This document shows positions 8,051 through 17,100 of a stretch of 46,963 nucleotides of DNA, piece after piece. This DNA is from Myxococcota bacterium. Its GTDB lineage: Bacteria; Myxococcota; UBA4151. The stretch spans positions 1 to 46,963 of the forward strand of contig JAYZBQ010000039.1 of assembly GCA_036338695.1 (NCBI GenBank), given 5' to 3'. Both the position numbers and the translations under genes were made by a program. The notes under the pieces are model-generated. The model saw nothing but the letters and a program-made list of their open reading frames with translations. It ran no database searches and was not told the DNA's origin. How positions within the stretch are numbered: position 1 is the stretch's first letter; the number at the start of each line of letters is the position of its first letter.

Positions 8051-9891
8051 GCACCTCTCGGCGCGGCGAGCCCATCATCGGCATCGACCTTGGGACGACC
8101 AATTCTTGCGCTGCGATTTGGCAGGGCGATGAGCCCGTGGTGATCAGCTCGAGCGAAGCCGGCGACTTTGTGCCGTCGGTGGTCGCCGAGGCGGCGAATG
8201 GCTCACGCCTCGTGGGGCATTTGGCGCGGCGTCAAGCCGTGACCAACCCCAAGTATACCGTCTTTGGGATTAAGCGCTTGATCGGGCGTGGGATCCAACA
8301 CCCGCTGGTTCAAGATCAGCTCCGTACCAGCCCGTTCAAGGTGGTCGCTGGGCCGCGTGGGGACGCACGCGTCAAGCTGCGCAGCGGCGTCGTGCCGCCG
8401 TCAGCCGTCTGCGCTGAGATCCTTGCGACCCTGCGCGACCGCGCCGAGGCGTTCTTGGGCGAGCCGGTGACCCGCGCCGTCATTACGGTGCCTGCCTACT
8501 TTAACGATTCACAGCGCGCAGCGACTCGAGTTGCCGGTGAGATCGCTGGTCTCAACGTGGTCCGGATGATCAATGAGCCGACCGCAGCGGCGCTGGCTCA
8601 TGGTGCTCGCCGTGACGACGGCACCATCTTGATCTTTGATCTCGGCGGCGGAACCTTCGACGTCTCGATCGTGGTGATCGAGGATGGGGTCTATCGTGTG
8701 CTCGGCAGCGGCGGCGACACCCGCCTCGGTGGTGAGGACTTTGATGAACGTCTCGTGGCGATGGTGCTGCGCGAGATTCGTCGCGAGCATGAGGTCGATC
8801 TCGGCTCGGACGCCACGGCGATGCAGCGCCTGAAGGAGGCGGTCAAGCAAGCTCGTCACGAGCTCAGCGACGAGCGTCGCACCACCATTCGGCTCCCATT
8901 TTTGTCGGCGCTTGAGGACGGCACGCCCATCCACGTGGACATGGAGGTGACCCGAGGACAATTCGAGCACGAGGTCGAGGACCTGGTCGGTCGCTGCATG
9001 AAAATCACCGAGGATACGCTCCACTCGGTGGATCTTGAGTTCAGCGATCTGGACGACGTTTTATTGGTCGGTGGGGTGACGCGCACGCCGATGGTTCGTA
9101 AGCGCCTGGAGGTGGTCTGCGGTAAACCGCCGTCGACCGACATCGACCCAGACCGCTCGGTCGCCTTTGGCGCCGCCATACAGGCAGCAGCGCTCAACGG
9201 GCTGACCGATCGTATCCTGCTGATGGATGTCACGCCGCATGATCTTGGGATCGAGCTGCCGCATGACCGCTTTGAGGTGATCGTGCCGCGCAATGCGCGC
9301 ATCCCGACTGCCTCGACGCGCAAGCTGACAACCAGCCGCGACAACCAAACCGAGATCAGCCTGGTCGTACGGCAGGGCCGCTCGGATAAGGCGTCTCGCA
9401 ACGAGCTGTTGGGCAAACTCGAGCTCGCAAAGCTACGGAAAGCGCCGCGCGGGTCGGTCCGGATCAATCTGGAGTTCAGCCTTGACGCGAGCGGCGTGGT
9501 GCACCTCAACGCACGCAGCGGCGATGCACGTGAGACCATCAAGTGCGCCATGCACGCGCCCTCGGGTTTGGACCCTGAAGAGGTCCAGCGCTACATCGCC
9601 GAGCATCAGAGCCAGCGGATGGTCCGCATGATCGAGGGCGAGCACGCCGAGGCGCGCAGCCACCTGAGTCGGCTTTTGGCGTTGTTGGAGCGACAACGAG
9701 CCAGCGCCTCGGCGAGTGATCAGGAGCGACTCGGGCGGCTGATCGAGCGTGGGCAAGCGCTGTTGAGCGACGGCGATGAAGAGGAGCAGCTGCGGATGAT
9801 CCGCTGGCTGACTCAGCGCGTCCAAGGCGCCGAGCAAGCGCCTCCACCGAGCGAACCAAACACGCCCTCCGTGGTTACGAGCGAGACCTAA
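8047..9891 (+). CDS. Hsp70 (DnaK-like) chaperone paralog
   Basis: GIDLGTTNS, TVPAYFND, INEPTAAA, DLGGGTFDVS, LGGEDFD, LLVGGxTR; divergent linker ILLMDVTPHDLG and atypical C-terminus, so probably not the housekeeping DnaK. Confidence 0.92.
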   Translation: MSTSRRGEPIIGIDLGTTNSCAAIWQGDEPVVISSSEAGDFVPSVVAEAANGSRLVGHLARRQAVTNPKYTVFGIKRLIGRGIQHPLVQDQLRTSPFKVVAGPRGDARVKLRSGVVPPSAVCAEILATLRDRAEAFLGEPVTRAVITVPAYFNDSQRAATRVAGEIAGLNVVRMINEPTAAALAHGARRDDGTILIFDLGGGTFDVSIVVIEDGVYRVLGSGGDTRLGGEDFDERLVAMVLREIRREHEVDLGSDATAMQRLKEAVKQARHELSDERRTTIRLPFLSALEDGTPIHVDMEVTRGQFEHEVEDLVGRCMKITEDTLHSVDLEFSDLDDVLLVGGVTRTPMVRKRLEVVCGKPPSTDIDPDRSVAFGAAIQAAALNGLTDRILLMDVTPHDLGIELPHDRFEVIVPRNARIPTASTRKLTTSRDNQTEISLVVRQGRSDKASRNELLGKLELAKLRKAPRGSVRINLEFSLDASGVVHLNARSGDARETIKCAMHAPSGLDPEEVQRYIAEHQSQRMVRMIEGEHAEARSHLSRLLALLERQRASASASDQERLGRLIERGQALLSDGDEEEQLRMIRWLTQRVQGAEQAPPPSEPNTPSVVTSET

Positions 9892-9948
9892 ACGGCATCT
9901 TTGCACCCGGGTCGATTGCGGGTACACGCTGCGCAAGGAGATTCCTTT

Positions 9949-11154
9949 ATGGGCGCAGTCAAGAAGGTCGTTTTAGCATACAGCGGTGGACTCGACACCA
10001 CCGTGATTCTGCATTGGCTTAAAGAGCAGTACAATTGCGAGGTAGTCTGTTTCGCAGCAGATCTGGGTCAAGGCGAGGAGTTGGAGCCGCTCGAGGCGAA
10101 AGCCGCTGCAGCGGGAAGTCGGATCTACATCGATGACCTGCGCGCCGAGTTTGTGCGCGACTTTGTCTGGCCGGCGGTGCGCGCCAACGCCCTGTATGAA
10201 GGGGTGTATCTCTTGGGGACCTCGCTCGCTCGGCCATTGATCTCGAAGCGAATGATCGAGATCGCTCGGCAAGAGCAAGCGGACGCGATCAGTCATGGAG
10301 CGACGGGCAAGGGGAACGACCAAGTCCGCTTTGAGTTGACCGCGTATGCCTTGAATCCCGACATCAAAGTGATCGCGCCATGGCGCGACTGGGAGTACAA
10401 AGGGCGCGCCGATCTGCTTGCGTATTGTGAGGCGCGTGGCCTCGAGGTCGAAGCCAGCGCCGAGAAACCGTACAGCATGGACCGAAACGTCATGCACATC
10501 AGCTTTGAGGGCGGGATCCTCGAAGACCCATGGCGAGAGCCAGATGAAGAGATGTTCAAGCTGACGGTTGATCCGATGAAGGCGCCCGATGAGCCCGAAT
10601 ATGTCGAGATCGAGTTTGAGCGGGGCGACGCGGTGGCTGTAAACGGTGAGCGACTAGAGCCTTTTGAGCTGCTCAGTTTACTCAACGAGATCGCAGGGCG
10701 GCATGGCGTGGGGCGTGTCGACATTGTGGAGAATCGATTCGTCGGCATGAAGAGCCGAGGGGTCTACGAGACCCCAGGCGTGACGCTGCTGTTACCGGCG
10801 CACCCGGCGCTCGAGTCGATAACCCACCACCGAGAAGTCGCGCACTGGAAGGACGAACTGGTCCCGCGCTACGCTAAGTTGATCTACAATGGGTTCTGGT
10901 ACGCGCCCGAGCGTGAGCTGCTTCAAAAGACCATCGACGCGAGCCAAGAGCACGTGAACGGCTCGGTGCGGCTCAAGCTCTACAAGGGTGGGTTCCAGGT
11001 CGTCGGCCGCAAAGCCGCCACCAGCCTCTATGATGAAGAGGTGGCGAGCTTTGAAGCCGAGGAGGTCTACGACCAGGCCAACGCCGACGGCTTCATCAAG
11101 CTCAACGCCCTGAGGCTAAGGCGTTGGGCTCAAGTCCACGGCTTCGACACCTGA
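9949..11154 (+). CDS. argG: Argininosuccinate synthase
   Basis: Start ATG 9949 with AAGGAG upstream. [45 protein letters not shown]. Confidence 0.97.
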   Translation: MGAVKKVVLAYSGGLDTTVILHWLKEQYNCEVVCFAADLGQGEELEPLEAKAAAAGSRIYIDDLRAEFVRDFVWPAVRANALYEGVYLLGTSLARPLISKRMIEIARQEQADAISHGATGKGNDQVRFELTAYALNPDIKVIAPWRDWEYKGRADLLAYCEARGLEVEASAEKPYSMDRNVMHISFEGGILEDPWREPDEEMFKLTVDPMKAPDEPEYVEIEFERGDAVAVNGERLEPFELLSLLNEIAGRHGVGRVDIVENRFVGMKSRGVYETPGVTLLLPAHPALESITHHREVAHWKDELVPRYAKLIYNGFWYAPERELLQKTIDASQEHVNGSVRLKLYKGGFQVVGRKAATSLYDEEVASFEAEEVYDQANADGFIKLNALRLRRWAQVHGFDT

Positions 11155-11155
11155 G

Positions 11156-14100
11156 TCAGGGCGTCGTCCAGATCGACCCCGAATAACCAAGCTGCTGCCC
11201 GGGCGCCGGGCGCGCCGCATCCAGCAAGCGCAGCCGATGCGTCGAGGCGTCCATGCGCCACAAGGTCGGGTCGCGGGTGATGCGTGCGTCCTCGCTTCCG
11301 GTGGTGATCTGGATGGACGACTCGATCAGCGCGCGGCCGTCACCGAGCTCAGGGAGCACGTTGATCGCCTGCTCGCCCATCCGTCGCAGCAACTCCGTGT
11401 AGTCGAGGTTGGCGCCGCAGATATTCCCCACGGACCCCCCGCTCTCTTCGGCGATGGCGCGCCAGCCCCATCCGTAGCTCTCTGCCTCGAGACACGCGTC
11501 GTTCGGGTGGCTGGTGATCGCGAACACGCGCGCTAGGCGGTCGAGCCCTTGCGGCGCTTCCAGGCCGCCCATCTCGCCGCGTAACAGGCTGAGCGTCGGC
11601 TGGATGGCACGGTCAACGCAGTCGGCATCGTCCGATCGTCCGTCACCGTTGGCGTCGGTCTCCCGGCAGCCTTGCTGGCGCACGGACTGGTCTTCGGTGT
11701 CGGTCAGGACAATGAACGCGACGGGGACGTCGCGCCGGAGTCGAAAGGCGCTGCCGTCGCGCTCGTCTTCGCTGGCACGCTGTAGGCTCCGGCGCAGCGC
11801 ACGCATCCCGTACTCGCGACCGCTCCCGCTGGTGCCGACGCTGGTGACGAGGGTACGCAGGGTGTTGACGTTGGAGGTAAAGCCACCGCCGAGCAGCTGG
11901 CCGTCCCCGCCGCGCACCTCGGCGTCTGCCTCCATCGTCGTGACACCCGCTCGCCAGTTCACCCCCGCTTGGCTCATGGCCGTCTGCAGATGGTTGACCG
12001 CCCGCGCCAGCGCCGCTTGCTCCTCTTCCATCGAGCCGGAGCCGTCGACGACGAAGATAAAGTCGACCTGGGACCCGGCGTTGCCGTAGGTTCGGTCGAC
12101 GCAGACCTTCTCAAGCTGAGCCCCAGACTCCGCCCAGATCGAGCCCTGCCCCAGCATGCGGCTTCGAGCCGCTGCGAGCGCCTGAGCCGCTGCGTCGCCA
12201 TCGAGCAAGGACACGCCAAGTTGTAGGTCGAGCTTTCCGGCGCAGCGCAGCCGCGCCGTCAGCGTAAGCTCAAAGCGTGTGCCCTCAGGGCCGGCGGGGT
12301 CGCGCGCCAGCAGCGCTCGGGGCGGACAGACGACTTGGTCTTCCTCGTTGGTGAAGCAGTCTGCGAGTAAGTGGCTTGCGAGCCTCTCAAGGACGACCTC
12401 GCTCGCCGTGCTCGGCACCACCACCTGGATCGAGACCGTCGCGGCCGGATGACCGCCTATGGTGAGGCGGCGGGCGCCTGGTCCCTGGGTCACCAAGCCG
12501 GTCTCGCGCGCCTTCGTCAGCGCGGTCTCGATAAACTGGATCGGTTGTTGCCAACCCGGGAGCTCGTCGAGATCGGCTGGGAGGTGACGAGCCAGGGTGG
12601 CGCCCAGGACTGTCCCTTCCGCATTTCGGTAGCGTAGCCCGGCTGAGCGTCGCACCAACTCTGCGTCGAGATCGGGTCGCTCGCAGCCCTCCCCGACGGG
12701 CGGTAGGTCGCCGCTCAGCGGACCGGCGCTGTCGGCGTCGATCCATTCGGGCAGCGCCACGACGAGGTCGCTTTGAGAGACCGGCCGCGTGCTCAGCGCA
12801 ATTGGGGTCCGGGGATAGCAGGGGTTGCGGTAATCCGGGTTACCACCTTCGACGCTGATGACCGGGTTGCTCGGGTCTTCTCCGATCTCGACGGCGTCGC
12901 TGACGCCGTCGTTGTCGTCGTCCGTGTCGAGCAGGTCGGCGACGCCGTCACCGTCAAAGTCGGCGGGCTCGTCACCTTGCCCGCGCTCATCGACGTCGGT
13001 GATCCCGTTCCCGTCGCTGTCGTCGTCGAGGTAGTCAGGGATGGAATCACCGTCCGTGTCTCGAGGGGCGTTCGGGTCATCGCCCGCCTCGAAGCGGTCG
13101 CTCAGGCCGTCCCCATCGCTGTCGGTCTCTCGATAGTCCGGCGTCCCGTCTTCGTCGGTGTCGCGCGGTGTCTCGCCGTCGCCCGCCTCGCGCTCGTCCG
13201 GGATGCCGTCGTTGTCGCTGTCGGTATCGGCGAGATCGGGGACCCCGTCTCCGTCGGTGTCGCGCAGGTTGTCGACCAACCGATCGCCGTCGACGTCGGC
13301 CGACTCTGGAATGATCCCACCTTTGTGGATGTAGAGGCGGTAGGGGCGGGTCACGCCGTCGGGCCGGAAGATGACCAACCAGACCTGGGCGCCGCCATGG
13401 TCGTTCGCATCAGGGACCGACACGTCAAAGTCCACCTGCAGCTCGACCTGACCCTCTGGGATCTCCTCGCCGGCGCTCGGCGTCGGCTGGGTTTCAGCCA
13501 GTTGTGTGATCGTCTCTGGGTGGAAGATCACGACCCGATCGTCCGTCGTGAGCTCGGTGCCCGTGTAGTGAAGCCGCCCCGAGGTGCGTCCGAGACGTTC
13601 GGTCGACCACCCCCCGCGCATCAGCGGGACCTCGACGCTCAAGCCTGCTCGCAAGAGGAAGGGGAAGTGCTTTGTTCCGCTGCGGGTCTCATAGACATTG
13701 ACCGACGCCTGCACCGACTCGAAGAGGTGCTGAACCGATCCATTTTGACCGCGGCGAGCTTGCGCCAGGAAGCGCTGTTGAGCGCCCAACCCGCGCCAGA
13801 GGTCGATGGTGTTGACGCCATTCATCGTACCGGGCGCCGCATACAGCATGTACCGATCGGCGAAGGGGCCGATCACGCGCAGCGGCGAGTCGTTCCTCGG
13901 GGGCGCGGTGGGGTTGGCGACGACCGTCGCGTCGGACAGGGTTAGGGCCAAACGAGCGCTCTCGGGGATCCGCCACGTCGCCACGTAGGGGGCTCGGTTC
14001 GAGGCGACGACCTGCGCGGTCGCCACCTGCGGCGTGACGTCGGTTCGGGTCCAGGTGATGGTCTCGGCAGGCGCAAGCGATCCCGGCCTCCCGGAGAGCT

Positions 14101-17100
14101 GGAAACGACCTGCGCACGCGGTCATCGCCAGACCATGCAGCCCGGCGACCTCCGGGGCGCAGAGCGAGACGGCATCGCTGCGGGCGCCGCCGCGTTGAGC
14201 TCGGAGCGTCACCGGGGCGCCCGGCTCAGCGAAGACGCGCAGCTCAAAGGCGCCGGTTCGATCTGCGACGGTACGCACCGCCTGGAATCCTGCCATGGCG
14301 AGGATCGCTGTCCCCGGCTCGGTCGTCCCGGCGTCGCCGCCGATGTGCACACCCTGAGGCAGGCGCCAGGTCTGCAGCAGCTGGTGCGTTAGGGGAGGGA
14401 GGGTGGCGCTTGGGTCGCCACGACCCGGTACCTCCAAGATGAGCGTGACGCTCTGACAACCGCAGCGTGGCAGGTCGAGCTTGAGGCTAATCGATTGGCC
14501 CGTTTGCCCAGGGATGGTGAGGGAGAAGGCGCCATCGTCGCCGGTCTCACGCCGGACGGAGACGCCCCCCTCGACGTCGGCTTCAATCACGCTCCCTTGC
14601 GGCGCGGCGCCTGGTGCGCCGACGATGGTGACGTCGCCTGCCTCGTTGGGCATGGTGATGGCGATGGTCTCAGGGTCGAGCCCCGTGACCTCTGAGTACA
14701 CCGGGTCTGCATCCCCGGCGATGAGCTCGATGCTTACGCCGGCGTGGAGTTTGATCAGCCGCTGACCGCAGCCGCCATCGGCGCCCACGGTCACGGTCCA
14801 CCCGCTCGCTGAGGGGCGGTGCCCGCCGGCGCTGCCGCGCGTCCCCTCAAAGCCGTCGTCGGCCTCCTGCACGCCCGCCGAGAGGCGAACCTTGGTCCCA
14901 GGCTCGTAGGAACCCGGCGCCAGACCGATTGTTCTCCAGAGTGGGTCGCCGGTCGCCGACGGTCCAACGGTCAGGGTCGTCTCACCGGCCGCGATGGAGG
15001 TGCCTGGACTCGGAACCGTCAGCAGGGCGGGTTCGCTCTGCTGGCCGCCAAGCACGACCCGGACGACGACGCGGTCGCCCGCCGTGACGCCAGGGGCGAC
15101 GACCTCGAAGCCGCCAGTCTCGTCCAGCACGGCGCTGCTCGCCGGCTCCGCTGGGATGGCGTCACCACCCAGACCCACGATCGAGACGGTCACGCCGCTT
15201 GCGCCGGGGATGTCGCAGCCGATGCCGCTGACGGACAGTTCACCATTTTGCCAGCGGGTCCGGAGCTGATCCTTCGGGTAAGCTAGCCCGGTCTGCGGGG
15301 CTCGCTTGCGGGTGGGGGCGCTCCACGTAAGCACCTCGCCTGCTGCGGTCCCTTGCCGGATCTGCAGCACCTCGCCGGCGCTTGCCACCACCGCCACGCG
15401 AAACCCGCCGACCTCATCGGCTGTCGCACTAATTTCTTGCTGTGAGTCGGCGAGCTTGACCTGGATCTCGGCGCCTGGGTGCGCCGTGCCAGGCGATCCT
15501 GTGACCACGAGCGAGCCATCGGCTGACCACACCAAGCGCACACGCAGGCTGTTGATCGGCGCCAAGACATCAAAGCTCGACTCGTCCATCTCGGCGACCA
15601 CCTCGATCCGTAGCTTATCGCCGTTTCGACCGGGCATCTGAAGGGGGCCGAACGAGCCGTCCTCGTGCGCTCGTACGCGCCCCTGCGGGAGGCTCTCGAT
15701 CGACATGTTGGTGACGAGAACAAAGGCGCCCGAGCGACCTTGCGTAGGCGGTCCGCTGACCCACAGCGTTCCCGACTCACTCGCCGAAGGGGTCACCGCC
15801 ACGCCATCGCTTGAGGCTGCGTCCATGACATAGACCGAGCCGCTGCGCGAGGGCTTACCCGCCAGCGTTTGCTCGATGGTGATGGGGTCACCCGCTTGGA
15901 GCGAGCCCTCGGCCAGCGGCAAAGCGATCCTGCCATCCGCGTCGGCGTCCGGGAGCTCGACCCATCCGGTCGAGAGCTCCACGCGTGCCGTGGCGTCAGC
16001 GAGCAGCTTGGGGCGAATGACGAGCTCGTCGCCTCCTGAACCGTCGTCTTCAAGCCACGCCATCCCCTTGGGCGCACGAACCGGGACGTTGAGGACCACG
16101 GGGCTTGATGCGACGCCGTCGATCACCTGCCGGGCTGAGAGCGCGTCGCCGTCGCCCGCTTCGATCGTGATCACGAAGGCGCCGGACGCGTCGGCTTCCA
16201 CCTCAACCGGATCACCCACAGCCGTGATGCGCACCTTCGCTTCGGGCTCGGCGGCGCCTCGCTCGCCCTGGACCGTCACCACGCCGCTGGCGTCAGGAAC
16301 GCTGAGCTCGATGAGTCCCGGGATGAGGGTCGAGAGGGGCTGAGCGGGCGGGGCAGGCGCGTCCATGAAGGAGCATGCTTGGGTGGCGATGAGAGTCAGC
16401 GCGCCGAGCGCGAGTCGGCGCCGTCGACCGAGCACGATCAAGGCGGCGAGGAGCGCAAGCCAAGTGGACGCGCCGGAGGTCGAGCAGCCGTCAGGTACGC
16501 CGCCTCCCACGGGTTCTCCGATCCGAATGGTCTGCGAGACCCGGTGGGTACCGTCCGAGACCACGAGGACGACGCGGTTGGCGTCAGCTCGCTCCCGTTG
16601 GAGCCGGACAACGCCTGCGCCGTCATCGTCGATCACGCTGAGGCCGGCGGCTGGGTTCCACTCATAGACCAGCTGAGCGCCCTCTGGATCGAACGAGAAG
16701 GACGCGTCGATAGTGACGCTCCCTGCGGCGTCAAACGCCGGCTCGCCCTCGATCTTGATGACCGGCGGAAGGTTGCCCTCGACCGAGACGATCACAGCGT
16801 TGGCGGAGACCGGTGGGCGAGTGCCCATCAAGCGCAAGCGCAGCGGGGTCTGGCCGTCGAAGTCCTCCGGAACAGCCCAGCGGAGCGTCTCGCCGTCGCC
16901 CATGAGGTCGAGCCCCACCGGTCCGATCATGACCCGCAAGCGAAGGTGCTCACGCCCCTGAGGCGCGCCAAACCGGACGCGATGGCGCCACACTTGTCCT
17001 GGCGTGACCTCGATGCGCTCGGGCAACTCGATGAAGGGCTCGTTATCTGGCGCCACAAAGACCAGCTTCACCTCAATGGATTTCGAGCCTGCCGGGCGAT

